A DNA stretch of 64,000 bases from assembly GCA_034670305.1 (NCBI GenBank), contig JAXMNT010000030.1:1-64000 (forward strand), given 5' to 3'. The stretch comes from Deltaproteobacteria bacterium (GTDB lineage: Bacteria; Myxococcota_A; Polyangia; Polyangiales; Houyiibacteriaceae). Position 1 is the first letter of the stretch. Each line of letters starts with the position of its first letter. Made by a program: the position numbers and the translations under genes. Under the pieces are notes generated by a model. The model saw only the letters and a list, made by a program, of their open reading frames with translations, made no database searches and was not told where the DNA came from. This document shows positions 8,731 through 20,400 of the stretch, in pieces.

Positions 8731-11025
8731 CTAGCTCAGCAGCGCGTCTTGCCGCTTCTTCATCGCCGCGATCTCGTCGTCGTCGGCCCCGCCGAGCAAG
8801 TTGATCTGAATGGCCTGACGCACACCGGTGTCGAGGTCGACCGCGGACACCGCCAGGGTGCCGCTCGCATCCAACATGAACGTGACGTCGATCTTCACTT
8901 CGCCACGGGTGGCCGAACGCAGGCCGGTCAGCTCGATCTCTCCGAGGGGATCGTTCGCGGCGAAGGTGCGCTGTTCGCCCTGACAGACACGGACGTGCAC
9001 GCCTTCCTGTCCGTCGAGCGCAGTGGTGAAGACCTGGGACTGTTCGCTCGGGATGGGTGCGTTGCGTTTGATGAGCGTCTGGCAGTAGCCACCCGCCATC
9101 TCCACCCCGAGTGAGTGGGGCGTCACGTCCATCAAGAGCGGCATCGAACGCTCGGCCATCTCGAACGCGAGCCCCGCGTCGGGGGCCGGCTCCGGTTCAG
9201 CGGCTGGAGGCGGCGCGCTGCCGAAGAGCGCCGGGTCGAGTGTGTGGCGCCCACCATCCGGCTTCGGTTCGAGACCCGGCAGATCGTCCGGCAGCGAGGG
9301 CAGACCGTCCTCTTCAAAGGGCGTCGTGAACGCGGGGTGGCGCTCGGGCGGGCGCTCGGGCGGAGGAGGCGCGGGCCGGCCCACCGCGACCACACTCGCC
9401 CGCACCACACCCGGGATCGCGGGCATGTCGGCCGAGGACGGCGGTCGAGCCGGCGGCGGCGGCGGCGGCGGCGGCGCGGCGGGATGCACGCTCTCGAGGT
9501 CGTCGAAGTCGAGGTCTTCCAGGACCGACGATTCACGGGCCGGCGGCGCCGCACTCACCACGCCCGGCAGGCCTTCCGCGTCCAGCTCGAGCGGTCGCAG
9601 CGGGGGCGCCACGATCGCGCCTGGCAAGTCGGACGTGTCGAGGGAAAGGCCGGCTGGAGGCGCGCTGGGTGGACGGGCTGGGGGTAGCGCCGGAAGCGCG
9701 GGCGGCGGCTGGGTCGCGCGGCCTTCTTTGCGCGGAATGTCTTTCAGCTTCACGACAGGCGCCGGTGCGAACGCTGGCTGTTTCGGGAGCCCGGCCTTCC
9801 GACGTTCCCGTTCTTTCTTGAGCCGGTCGAGCTCCCCTCTGGAGATCTTCTTGAGCCCGACCCGGCCGAGCGCGGCGGTCGGCTTCTTCACTCCGGAGAG
9901 CGCGTATCCGTGAATCGCGGCGCCCTGCGCGACCACCAGGTCCGGGTCGAACTCGACCCTCGGTTTCGCGTCGAAGTAGAACTCGACCATCGAGCGCACG
10001 AGCGGGATGCGGGTGGATCCACCGACCAACACGACGTTGTCGATGTCCGAGGGTTTGACGAGCGCTTCGGCAAACGCCTGCTGGCAGACGTCGAACGCGC
10101 GCGCGATCGTCGGCCGAACGAGGGCTTCGAAGTCGGTGCGCGCCAAGGTGAACTCGAAGTCGGTGCTGCCTTCGGTCCCGAGGTCTTCCAAGAGGACGTG
10201 GGCGCTGTCGTTCGCGGACACTTGGCACTTGGCCCACTCGGCCGCGGCGCGGATCCGCTCGAAGCCCTGGTCGTCCTGCCGAATGTCCCACCCGTGTTTG
10301 GTCAGGAACGCCTCCGCCATGCGTTCGGCGATGAGCAGGTCGATGTCGTCCCCGCCGAGGAAGCTGTCTCCCGCCGTGGCGAGCACCTCGAACACGTCGT
10401 TCTCGAGTTCGAGCAACGTCATGTCGAAGGTGCCGCCGCCAAGATCGAAGACCGCCACCCGCTCCGGTTTGTCTTTGCCGTAGCCGTACGCGAGCGCGGC
10501 AGCCGTGGGTTCGTTGACGATGCGTTCGACTTCGAGACCGGCCACCCGCCCCGCGGCTTTGGTCGCGCTGCGTTGGAGCTCGTTGAAGTTCGCCGGCACC
10601 GTGATCACTGCCCGGCGGCACGGTTGTCCGAGCTGGAGTTCTGCGATCCGGCGAATCTCCCGGAGGACGAACGCGCTGATCTCGGTGAGCGTGTAGCTTT
10701 CGTCCCGCACCTGGACGACGACCCCGCCGTTCGGACTCCGGACCAGCTCGAATGCGAAACGGGTCGTCGCGCGACGCACCTCTTCGGCACGAAACGGCCG
10801 GCCGATCAGACGTTTGACCGAGTACACGGTGTGCTTCGCGTCGAGCAGCCGGCGCTCGCGCGCTTCCTCACCCACGACGATGCCGCCGTCCGGCTTGAAC
10901 GACACCACCGAGGGAATCAGCCGGTGGCCGAGTTCGGTGGTGAGGACCTGGCACTGCGCACCGTCCGCAACCGCCACCACCGAGTTCGTGGTGCCCAGAT
11001 CGATGCCCAACACGACGTCAGTCAT
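8731..11025 (-). CDS. Hsp70/DnaK paralogue with a long Pro-rich insertion and truncated lid
   Basis: [56 protein letters not shown]. Confidence 0.92.
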   Translation of the reverse strand: MTDVVLGIDLGTTNSVVAVADGAQCQVLTTELGHRLIPSVVSFKPDGGIVVGEEARERRLLDAKHTVYSVKRLIGRPFRAEEVRRATTRFAFELVRSPNGGVVVQVRDESYTLTEISAFVLREIRRIAELQLGQPCRRAVITVPANFNELQRSATKAAGRVAGLEVERIVNEPTAAALAYGYGKDKPERVAVFDLGGGTFDMTLLELENDVFEVLATAGDSFLGGDDIDLLIAERMAEAFLTKHGWDIRQDDQGFERIRAAAEWAKCQVSANDSAHVLLEDLGTEGSTDFEFTLARTDFEALVRPTIARAFDVCQQAFAEALVKPSDIDNVVLVGGSTRIPLVRSMVEFYFDAKPRVEFDPDLVVAQGAAIHGYALSGVKKPTAALGRVGLKKISRGELDRLKKERERRKAGLPKQPAFAPAPVVKLKDIPRKEGRATQPPPALPALPPARPPSAPPAGLSLDTSDLPGAIVAPPLRPLELDAEGLPGVVSAAPPARESSVLEDLDFDDLESVHPAAPPPPPPPPARPPSSADMPAIPGVVRASVVAVGRPAPPPPERPPERHPAFTTPFEEDGLPSLPDDLPGLEPKPDGGRHTLDPALFGSAPPPAAEPEPAPDAGLAFEMAERSMPLLMDVTPHSLGVEMAGGYCQTLIKRNAPIPSEQSQVFTTALDGQEGVHVRVCQGEQRTFAANDPLGEIELTGLRSATRGEVKIDVTFMLDASGTLAVSAVDLDTGVRQAIQINLLGGADDDEIAAMKKRQDALLS

Positions 11026-11276
11026 GCGGGCCCTCGAGCAGAAGGGGGGACCAGGCGCGTCCCGAACCTCGCGTAGTGGGCGCGGCCGGATTCATCCAGA
11101 CCCCCATGATGCCAGATGCAGACATCCGACGGAACCCGCCAGTGGCTCGAAGGGCCAAGCGTCACGCCAGGGAAGACGGGGTCCCCTGTCCCCGGTGGGG
11201 TTGGGACTCAGGGTCTACGGATCGTTCTGGATCCCCCGGGCTGTCGGTCGGTACGGGTCTTGCGTAGAGTGGTCCC

Positions 11277-12557
11277 ATGGTTCGGAACATCATGGTCGTA
11301 GGACTCCTCGTCGGGTCGCTTCTCGTCGCAGAAACAGCGAATGCACAATCGGGCGTGGTGCTGCCCTTCACCGGGCCGAGCGCCGGTGCCGCACGCAACG
11401 TGGTGGTCCGGGCCGCCCGGGACCATCTCGAGCTGATCCCGAAGTCGCGCGTCTCTCGGGCCGCCCGCGAGCTCGGTGTGAACACCCGCTCCGCCACCGG
11501 CCGCGCGGACATCGCCGCCGAACTGAACATCGACTACTTCATCGCGGGTTCGGTCCGCGGCCGCCAGACCCGTTTGCGGGTGTACGGCGCCGACGGCGAG
11601 CAGCTCGCCCGTGGCAACGCCCGTCGGCCGATCGGTGCGGCGGGTCGCGCCGACGTGGCCCGAGTGGTCGGCGAACTCCTCGACGAGGCGATCGAAGGTG
11701 GCGGCAACCGTCGCGACCGGGAAGCGGAAGAACGCGAAGCCCGACAACGCGAACGAGACGAACGACGCGCGGCGCTCGACGCAGAAGAAGAAGAGGCGCT
11801 TGAGGAAGAGGACGAAGACGAGCCCCGGACCGGACCGCGCTCGCCGCTGGCGACGGTCAACATGCTCTTTGGTGTCGATGCCCGCACCCGCGACCTCGCC
11901 GTGCGCCTCACCGACGGCCGCCGCCGCAACTACGAAGCGGGCATTCACCCGGACATCACCCTGCAGCTGCAGATTCACCCGCTCGCCACGAAAGACGTCG
12001 CACGCGGGCTGTACGCACAACTCGACGTCGGTGTCGGGGTGGGGCTGAGCACCGTCGAGCGCGACCCGAGCGACCCGGCGATCGCCAACGAAGTCGACAC
12101 CACCGCCTGGCGCTTCATGTTCCAGGCCGGCTACCTCGCCCCCTTTGCCGACGACAAAGCGCGGATCGGTGTGTTGCTCGGCTACGGACACGACCGCTTC
12201 GCGCTCGGCGACAACCAGACCATGCCCGGCGCGAGCTACAACCAGTTCCGCGTCGGCCTCGCTGCCAGCTTCGCGGGCTACGGCACGCTCATGCAGACCC
12301 GCATCGACCTCGGCTACCGATTCGTCCTCAGCGCGGGCGAGATGGCCACCGCGTTCGGTGAGACCATCAACGGCGGCGCCTTCGACGTGGGACTCAGCGT
12401 GGGCGGGTTCGTCGAATCAGGTTTCTCGTACGGCGTGCGCTTCGGCTACACCCGGTACAGCCTCGACCTCGCGGGCGACGCGACCGACTTCACCGCCGAG
12501 TCGGCGACCGACAGCTCGGTGAACGTCGGCCTGCAACTCGGCTGGGCATTCGAGTAG
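11277..12557 (+). CDS. Secreted protein with a probable C-terminal outer-membrane beta-barrel
   Basis: Signal peptide (ANA/Q), N-terminal alpha/beta region, charged linker, amphipathic beta strands ending LQLGWAFE. Confidence 0.75.
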   Translation: MVRNIMVVGLLVGSLLVAETANAQSGVVLPFTGPSAGAARNVVVRAARDHLELIPKSRVSRAARELGVNTRSATGRADIAAELNIDYFIAGSVRGRQTRLRVYGADGEQLARGNARRPIGAAGRADVARVVGELLDEAIEGGGNRRDREAEEREARQRERDERRAALDAEEEEALEEEDEDEPRTGPRSPLATVNMLFGVDARTRDLAVRLTDGRRRNYEAGIHPDITLQLQIHPLATKDVARGLYAQLDVGVGVGLSTVERDPSDPAIANEVDTTAWRFMFQAGYLAPFADDKARIGVLLGYGHDRFALGDNQTMPGASYNQFRVGLAASFAGYGTLMQTRIDLGYRFVLSAGEMATAFGETINGGAFDVGLSVGGFVESGFSYGVRFGYTRYSLDLAGDATDFTAESATDSSVNVGLQLGWAFE

Positions 12558-12564
12558 GCAGTGC

Positions 12565-12680
12565 CGGCATCCGCGTGACGAACCCGAACGCAGAACGAAC
12601 ACGATCGGGTTCGCAAGCGGCATCCGCGTGACGAGCCCCTCGCGTTGTGGCGGATGCGGATGCCGCCATCCGGCATCCGC
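12565..12680. repeat. Direct repeat CGGCATCCGC(GTGACGA) at 53-bp period with internal palindromes
   Basis: Copies start at 12565, 12618 and 12671 (third partial); inverted gcggatgccg at 12656-12665; lies between convergent genes. Confidence 0.75.
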
Positions 12681-15600
12681 CTACTGCAGGTGCAGCTCCC
12701 GGGGAGGGAGCACGGTCATCGCGTCCGGTCGATCCGCTGGGTAGCTCACGATCCCGAGTCCGCGCACGTCTCCGCCCACGCGCCAGCGAAGCGCGAGCGG
12801 CAAGGTGTGGGTGGCGTCCTCGGCCAGCGGGGTGAGGCGCAGCCGAACGAAGCCGGGGTGACGCGGGGTGGCTTCGATGACCGCGCCGTTGGCCTGCAGG
12901 GCGGCGAGCAGCTGTGCGTCGGCTTCGACGCCGGCGGGCAACTGGATCTCGACCACCGGTGCGTTGACGGCGCGCCGCGCAGTCACGGAGAGCTCGAACG
13001 CGGCCACGTCGCCCACGCCGCCAGACTCACCCTCGATCGTGGTGACCAGCGGACCGTCCGTGTCTGCGGCGAACGGCTGCCCGTACACGGCCTCGATGCG
13101 GGCGAAGACCACCGACTCCGAGCGGATGCGAATCGTGGCGCTGCGTCCGGGGCGCAGGTCGAGCGGGGTCGCACCGCGCCCGCCTTCGAGGACCAAGGGG
13201 CCGGCTGCGCCGCCGCCGCGCACCCCGACTTCGACCTCGCCGGTGTTGGCGCCGAGCGCTCCGTAGCTGCCACACGCGAGCCACCAGAACGCGGCTTCTC
13301 CACCGCGGCGGGTGAACGTGGGCGCGTGGGGCGCCGCGCCCGCGATGAGATCGAGCGCCCGCTCGGAATCGCCCATCTGGTGCGCCGCGATCGCGAGTGC
13401 CAGCGTGGCGCTGATCGACTCTTCGAGGCCAGGCCGGTTCTCGGACGGGGTGACTCGCCGGTCGTCGATGTGTTCGATCGCTTTGGCGTACATCGCGCGG
13501 CCGTGTCCGTCCCGCGGGTCCGCGAGAAGGAGCGCTGCAGCCGCACGCGCGAGCAGCGTCGGTTCCGCCGGGCTGTCGATCAGCACCCGGCGCAGCAGCG
13601 GGAGCCATTGCGCGAGCGTGGCCGAGACCGGGTCTCGAAGCGGGTTCCCCGTCGGCACGTCGGTGACACCGGAGGTCGCGAGCGCGGCCAAGGTGGCCGA
13701 CTGCATTCGGATCCGACCGGCCACTCCGTCGCGGTCTCGCAGCGGAGGCAACCCGCCGAGCCGCTGGATCGCCTGCTGGCGCGCGGCTTGGGCTGCGACA
13801 TCGGCGTGTCCTTCGTCGTTGAGCGCCGCACTCCATGCGACGATGGCCGACGCGGTGCTCAGCGCGGGTTCGGACCCACGCACGAGACCGCTTCGATCTT
13901 GCGAACGCAGCAGCCGGGCGGCGACCTCGGGGTCGACGCTGCGACCGGCGAGCGTCTCCGCCCACGCCACGAGCGCCGGGTCGTCGCGGCGAAGGTCGTT
14001 CAGGTCCGGGTCCGCGACAAGGCCCACCGCCGACATCGCGACCACCCGCGCCTGTACGTCTTGAGCATCGCTCGGAAGCGGGAACTCCACCTCCCATTCA
14101 CCACGGACGAGGCCGGACGCGCGGCGACGCATCGGGTGCAACCCGCGGTCGACCCACACCCGTCGTTCGATGCCGCGCACGCGGGTGCCGCCTGCCGACA
14201 GATCGACGCGGGCGCGGTGCCGGCCCGGCTCGGTCCCGGTCAGCGTGACCGAGAGGCTCCGGGTCTCGCCTGCGGGGACGGTGATCGAAGGCTCGAGTTC
14301 AACCCGCAGTCCTTCGGCTTCCGATGAGAGCTGAAAGCTCCCCGTCTCCGCCGTGACGTTGGTGACGTGCAGCGGCACGCGCAGGCTTTCACCGACCCGA
14401 AGGCGGGACGGGATCTGCATGTCCGAGAGAATCGGTGCGCCGGCGCGGCTCGTCGCCGCTGCGAACGAGACAGAGCCGCTGGTGGTGAAACCGAGGCCCA
14501 GTGTGCGCCAGGTGCGCGGTTCGCTCCCGACCCGCAAGCGAATGGCGGCTGCTTCGCCGGCTCCGGTCTCCTCGACGTGCGCGAGCCGGCCGCTCGCCGG
14601 ACGGGTCGGGCGCCGGATGGCGAGCGCGTAGGGGTCGTCCCGCAGCTGCTCGGGCAGGTTGCCGGGGTTGCTCGAGCGCGGCCCCTCGTCCGAAGGAGCG
14701 ACGATGTTCGGCCCCGGCACGCCGAACGCGCGCGACGCCATCTCCACGGTGGCGCGGCCGAGCTCGACGCCGCGAAGCCGAGCGACGAGGGACTCTTCAT
14801 CCACGGCCTGGGCGTAGAGCGAGTTCGACGGCAACACCGCAGCGGTGGGATCGAAGATGTCGTCGCGGTTGCCGTACCGGCCGTCGGGGCCGGCACTGAT
14901 GAGTTCGTATCCAGCCACCGGCTGCACCCGGGAGAACCGAGCCCGCGCGACCGCGCGCAGTTCGAAGGGGCGGCCCCATCCGTCGACGAGTTCCCCAGGC
15001 CGCACGCTGCCGAGTCCGGGCGCGTGCTGGTGGCGCAACCGCTCCATCCACAAGGTCGCGTCGCCCGGACGCGTCCACGCGAGGTCCAGGGTGTTGCTCT
15101 GCACGAACTGCCGCATCGCGAGCAGCAACTTGAAGAGCCGGCGTCGAGTGATGCGGCGCGCGACCATGTCGTAGTTGAACGCGCGGTCGAGCGACTCGAG
15201 CCGTTCGATCGTCAGCGGCTCGCCGCCGAGACCGGTCGCGCCCTCGCTGCCGAGGCCGTCCGTGAGCGAGGCGAGCAACTGCCGGTTGAAGCGGAACCGT
15301 CCGCGTTCTTCGACCGCGATCTCGTCCATCTGCTCGGGCACGGCGGCGTCGACGCGGGCTTCGATGGCGCGGAACACGAGCGCGAGCCGTCCCTGGATGA
15401 AGCGGTGGCTTGCGCGCCACGGGTCGCGCAGCAGTCCGAGCTGCTCCGGGTTCTGCGGCTCGGGGGTGGGCTCCGCGTTGCGGCCCCGAAGCACCGCGGG
15501 CGCGCCGATGTCGCTCGGGGTGCGTTCCGCGAGCACCGCGGCGATGCCGGAAGCCGACCGAATGCGCGGGTCACTCACCGGCGCGGTCGCGAGCGTCCGA

Positions 15601-17414
15601 AGTTGTTCTTCGAACGCGGTGATGACCTCGATGGGAAGCGCGAAGCCGAGCACCGTCATGGTCTCCTGGGCACGACCTTGGAGCGCCGGCCCGAAGAGCT
15701 CCGGGCTGCCGTCGTTGCCTTCGAGCACCAGCCCAGGCCCTGGGGTCGGCTGGGAGAGCAGCATCGCCGCGCCGCCTCGGATCTCTTGCATGGAGCGTCC
15801 GAACAGCGGGCGCGCGCGCACGATGACTTCGCCGACCACGTCGTCGGGCAAGGTGATTGCCAACGAGTCCTGACGAGGCGGGAGGATCTCCGACGCGACG
15901 ACTTCGAGCCCACCAGGGACCCGGTGAAGCGCGACAACGGCGACTGGCAACGAACGCGCGGCGGCCACGCGCTCGACCTCGACCGCGATCTCACCGCCAG
16001 GGTGGGAGAGCGCTGGCTCCAGCTGGACCCGCGCCGCAGCGTCGGGGTCCACGGCCAGACAGTGCTGGCTGGCGGGACCACCGGCGACGTGCAGATCGAG
16101 CGCGGTCGCGGCGTCTCCGCCACACCGATCGTCCTCTGGCGCGTCGCCGACCCGGCCGGTCAGCACCGCCACACCGAACGCATCCGTGGTGCCGGTCAGG
16201 TCACCCAGGCGGCCACCCGACGAACGCACTTCGACACCGGCCGGCGCCGGGTCGCCGTCGATGGTCACGACGCGCGCGAAGACCCGCGCGCCGAGACCGG
16301 GCACGAGCGAACCCCCCTCGGCCGAGATGCGCGCGGCGTAGCGGGCGGGGCTGACACGCACCGTCGCGCGGCCGGCGCCACGGCCAATGCCCGCGAGTCC
16401 GGCTTGCACGGTGACCGTCGCGTCGCTCCATCCCGCGGCGACCTGGGGTGCATCCCAAGACAACGTCACGCGTCCACGCGCGTCGGTCTGAACGAGCGGG
16501 TAGCGCCGGTCGTCGCGCTGCTCTTCTTCGCGGGTGAGCGGCACCGGTCGGCCACCGAGCCGCACCCGCGCGTGGGGTACGGGACGGCCGTCGGCCCGCC
16601 GCACCGCGACTTCGACCGGCACGGCGCCGTTCGGGCGCGCGACGCGCGGCGTCTTCACCTGGATGACCAGCGCCGGGTCGGTGGCCACGGCGATCTGACT
16701 CGCGGTGGCGGCGGACGCCGCCCGATGGTGGTCGTCGGCGTCGGTGCGGGCCGCGATCTGCAACGCGCCTTCCACCTCTCTCGGGATGCGGAACTCGTGG
16801 CTGAACACGCCACGCGCGTCGGTGCGCAGATGCACTTCGGCGCCGAGCGGTCCGCGGGCATCGCGCACGATCAGGTGCACTGGGGTGTCTCCGTAGGCCT
16901 GGCCCGAACGACGGGCGAGGCGGCCGAACACGGGCAAGCGGCCGGGCGAAGTCACCTGAGGAGACGCCCAGACCTGGAGGTTGCGCGGATCGGAAGTGCG
17001 GACCTGCAGCTCGAACCGACGCGAAACACCTCGGCGGGCGTGCACGTTGATCGTCGCGCCGAAGTGGTCGGGCGCGTCCTCCGGGATCGGGATCTCGACC
17101 AACACCCGGCCACCGAAGTCGGTGGTGACGTCGGCCTTCGCCTCTTCGTCGACGAGCGACGTGGCGACCTGGATCTGAGCCCCGGTCGCGGGGCGCAGTC
17201 CGTCGAGGCCCACGACCTCGTACGCGGTCATCGCCCATCGAAGACGGGTTCCGCGCACGACGTGAAGCGGCCCATCGAGCTGCAGCTCGACGCCGGTGAC
17301 GTCGCCCCGGTTGACCGGCCGGGAGGTGCTGGTCTGCGCATCGGCGGTGGGGGTGTGCCCAGGTGCGAGCGCGACCAGGGCAAGACAGAGCGAAACGAAG
17401 AAGACGCGGTTCAC
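12681..17414 (-). CDS. Alpha-2-macroglobulin-like secreted protein (no thioester) with GspG-like motif
   Basis: Signal peptide; beta-rich MG-like domains; IPSRLRVGESLRVPLHVTN; LVDGWGRPF...ELISAGPDGRYGNRDD; no CxEQ. Confidence 0.75.
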   Translation of the reverse strand: MNRVFFVSLCLALVALAPGHTPTADAQTSTSRPVNRGDVTGVELQLDGPLHVVRGTRLRWAMTAYEVVGLDGLRPATGAQIQVATSLVDEEAKADVTTDFGGRVLVEIPIPEDAPDHFGATINVHARRGVSRRFELQVRTSDPRNLQVWASPQVTSPGRLPVFGRLARRSGQAYGDTPVHLIVRDARGPLGAEVHLRTDARGVFSHEFRIPREVEGALQIAARTDADDHHRAASAATASQIAVATDPALVIQVKTPRVARPNGAVPVEVAVRRADGRPVPHARVRLGGRPVPLTREEEQRDDRRYPLVQTDARGRVTLSWDAPQVAAGWSDATVTVQAGLAGIGRGAGRATVRVSPARYAARISAEGGSLVPGLGARVFARVVTIDGDPAPAGVEVRSSGGRLGDLTGTTDAFGVAVLTGRVGDAPEDDRCGGDAATALDLHVAGGPASQHCLAVDPDAAARVQLEPALSHPGGEIAVEVERVAAARSLPVAVVALHRVPGGLEVVASEILPPRQDSLAITLPDDVVGEVIVRARPLFGRSMQEIRGGAAMLLSQPTPGPGLVLEGNDGSPELFGPALQGRAQETMTVLGFALPIEVITAFEEQLRTLATAPVSDPRIRSASGIAAVLAERTPSDIGAPAVLRGRNAEPTPEPQNPEQLGLLRDPWRASHRFIQGRLALVFRAIEARVDAAVPEQMDEIAVEERGRFRFNRQLLASLTDGLGSEGATGLGGEPLTIERLESLDRAFNYDMVARRITRRRLFKLLLAMRQFVQSNTLDLAWTRPGDATLWMERLRHQHAPGLGSVRPGELVDGWGRPFELRAVARARFSRVQPVAGYELISAGPDGRYGNRDDIFDPTAAVLPSNSLYAQAVDEESLVARLRGVELGRATVEMASRAFGVPGPNIVAPSDEGPRSSNPGNLPEQLRDDPYALAIRRPTRPASGRLAHVEETGAGEAAAIRLRVGSEPRTWRTLGLGFTTSGSVSFAAATSRAGAPILSDMQIPSRLRVGESLRVPLHVTNVTAETGSFQLSSEAEGLRVELEPSITVPAGETRSLSVTLTGTEPGRHRARVDLSAGGTRVRGIERRVWVDRGLHPMRRRASGLVRGEWEVEFPLPSDAQDVQARVVAMSAVGLVADPDLNDLRRDDPALVAWAETLAGRSVDPEVAARLLRSQDRSGLVRGSEPALSTASAIVAWSAALNDEGHADVAAQAARQQAIQRLGGLPPLRDRDGVAGRIRMQSATLAALATSGVTDVPTGNPLRDPVSATLAQWLPLLRRVLIDSPAEPTLLARAAAALLLADPRDGHGRAMYAKAIEHIDDRRVTPSENRPGLEESISATLALAIAAHQMGDSERALDLIAGAAPHAPTFTRRGGEAAFWWLACGSYGALGANTGEVEVGVRGGGAAGPLVLEGGRGATPLDLRPGRSATIRIRSESVVFARIEAVYGQPFAADTDGPLVTTIEGESGGVGDVAAFELSVTARRAVNAPVVEIQLPAGVEADAQLLAALQANGAVIEATPRHPGFVRLRLTPLAEDATHTLPLALRWRVGGDVRGLGIVSYPADRPDAMTVLPPRELHLQ

Positions 17415-20400
17415 GAGAGCACCTCGGTCGAAAGCACGGTCGCCGACGCGACCGGTCCAAAGGAGTCGAGCGGCTCGATCGGCAAGGGTGGGGGCGGCAG
17501 CGGCGCCGGAGAGGACTCCGCTTCCACCGCATCGGGTTCTTCGCCCTCGCGATCGATGACCAGTTCACGCGAGCCGAGCACTGCGGTGGCGCGGACCTCC
17601 GTGCCCGCTGCAGACGCATCGTCGAACGCCGACGCACCGAGCCCGCGAAGGGTTCCGCTGAGACTCCAGCGGAGCGGCAGGGGAATGCGCGCGTGGCCTC
17701 CGGGGGCCAGCGGGCGAAGCCGCAGTTGCAACGTGCGTCCTTCCATCGTCGGCTCCGAGACCGTGAGTCCGTGCAGGGCTTCGCGGGTGGGCTCGTCGAG
17801 TTCGGTGCCGGCCGGCAGATCGATCCAGACGATGGGCGCGGTCATCAGACGCGGTTCGCGGTTGCGCACCGTGAGCGCGAGACCAGCCCGTGCGTCGCGG
17901 GGACCGAGCTCCCCGTCGATCACCAAATCGATGCGCGCACGGCGGGCCGGTTCCGAATCCCAGGGTCGGCCGTAGCGAACGTCGGCGAACGCGAGCGCGA
18001 GCCCCGGTGCGCCCGCGATCTCCACGACGTGCGCGCCGGGTGTGCCCGCGTCGGGCAGCACCGCAACCCGCACCGTGGAGGTCGGTGCGTCGTCGGGCGC
18101 GGCCAGTTCGAGCGGGCGGCCGTCGATGGTGGCGCGCATCTGCGCGCCAGCGCCGCGACCCGCGAGCAAGCCGGCCGAAGCGGTCGCGTAAACCCGCGCA
18201 TCGGCGGGCCAGTGTTCCGCCGTCTCGGCGAGACCGACGAGGTGGCGGGTGAACGGAAGTCCACGGCCCGGTTCGGACAGCGCGGCCCAGGCACCGGCGA
18301 CGAGCGCCGTCGGTTCGAGACGCGCCCACGGTTGGCCGGCCTGGTTCGGTGCTTCGAGGAACGCCTCGCCGTCCGGACCGGAGCCGAGCGTGATCACGTG
18401 GCGCTCCACCCGGCGCAAGAGCTCGCGCGCCCTCCCGCTTTCACCAGCCAGCGCCAACGCGAACGCTGCGCGGGCCCACTCCACCGGCGCATCGGACATC
18501 TGCACCGCGCCGCTGCCGACCCGCCGGATCAGATCCGACTTCATGATGTCGACGGTGTCGCGGAGCGCGGCCCGTTGCTCGCGGTGGCGGGTGGCCACCG
18601 CGAGCGCGAGCAGCGCCGACGCGTCGCGGGGCGCGGTCCCAGCGCTGGCTTCGCCCCCGAGGATGCCGCTCACGTGACGCAACCCGCGCCGGATCACTCC
18701 GTCGGGCACCGTGGCGTCGTTCCAGGCCGTCGCGATCGCGCGCGCCGTCTGGATCGGGTTGCCTCCGATGTTGTGGGCTTCGTTCAAGTCCGTGACGCGC
18801 AGAACCGCCCGGGCATGCATCAGCATCTCCTCGGGGATCTCTTCCCCGAGCAGCGCCAGCGCCCACCCGGCGTGCGGGTTGCCCGCGCCGTACTCACTCG
18901 CCGCTCCGAAGAGCGCCGTCGCGGGCACGATTCGAAGTTCGCCCGCGCCGCGTGCCGTCGCGTCTGCTGGAACCTCGAAGCGGAGGCGCGTGGTGCCTTC
19001 GCCGGGTTCGATGAGTTGCGATCGACGGTCGCGCACGAGGCGAGCGTCCGGCCAGACCACGAGCGGACGGCGGACCGCATCGAGCGGCGCATCGTCGCTC
19101 GCGCGCAGGACCCGCACCATCACCGATCCTTCTCCGACCTCGTTGGTGCGCAGCTCGACGGGCACTTCGATCGCGCGGTGCGCCGGAACCTCGACGGTTT
19201 GCGCTTCGGGGCCTTGGATGCCGAGCCCCTCGCCGGTGAAGGTGACCTTGGCGTGGAGCACTCCGTCGGTGCGGTTCTCGACCCGCACCGGCACCGTGAG
19301 CACGTCGCCGATGGTGGCGAAGGGCGGGATCGGCGCGTCGATGGTGGCTTCTTGATCCACGCGAAGTTCCGTCGAAGCGCTGCGTACCCAGCCGGTCGCG
19401 GTCCAGGCGATCGCTTCGACCCGGTACGTCGTGAGCGCGTCGGCCAGCACCACCGGATGGGTGGTCGCGGTTCCGTCGAGCGGGATCTCACCGACGAACG
19501 CGAGCGTGGCTGGAAAGTCCTCGCGGACGACGTCGCGCATCGTACCGAACGCACTCGGCGGCGCAGGCGGCGCCGCCTGCTGCTCGTTGCGCTGTTCCCG
19601 GTGCTCCGTCGCGATGGCCTCCTCCGGCTCCGCCATGTCGGCGGCAGCGGCCTGCGGTGCACGGCTCCGCGCTCGGCTCGGGGCGGCGCCTCGCCCGATC
19701 ATGCCCATGTTGCCGAGACCGATGGTGCCTTCGCCGCTGCCCCCACCCCCGCGGCCGGTGCCGCGCAGGCCGAGGCCCCCGTACCCGTAGGCTTCCCCGA
19801 TGGCGTCGCCGTCGAGACTGCCCAGCGCGTCGTCGGCTTCCGAGAGGCTCGCCGTCACCGTGCGGGCGCGCTGCTCGTCGCGCGCCGCCAGACTGATGCT
19901 GGCGTACGCCTGCGCCATCGCGGCCAGCACCTGCGGCCCCGGCGCAAGCGTCGAGAGCGCCTTCATCAGCCGGTCTTCACCCGAAGCCACGGCGTAGGGA
20001 GACCCGGCCGCGACCACCCGGCCGAACGGGTTCGATACGTCGTCGCCGGTGCCCGCCCGGCCATCCGGACCCGGACTGACGAGCTCCCAAGCCGGCGCCC
20101 GATCGCTCAGGACGACGCGTGGCGACGTGGTGCGGCGAAGGGAGAACGGACGGCCCCAGGGATCGAGCAGGTGGGCCGAGGTCAACGTGCCGAGCTGCAC
20201 GAGCCGCGAGAGCCACCGCTCCGGCGGCTGCCCAGCCGAGGCACGCGCCGCGTCGGCGTTGTCCGGATCCGTGAACCGTTTGATCACGAGCATCAGGAAT
20301 ACGAGGCGCTTGCGGGTGATGCGCTGGGCCAACGTCGCGAAGGAGAAAGTCGGATCCACTTCGCGCAGGTTGGCGATCGTCATCGTCTCGTTGCCGAGGG

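Noticed and set aside
12565-12680. CRISPR array call
   Set aside because: Only 2.5 short repeats, palindromic spacers and no cas genes; kept as a repeat finding only
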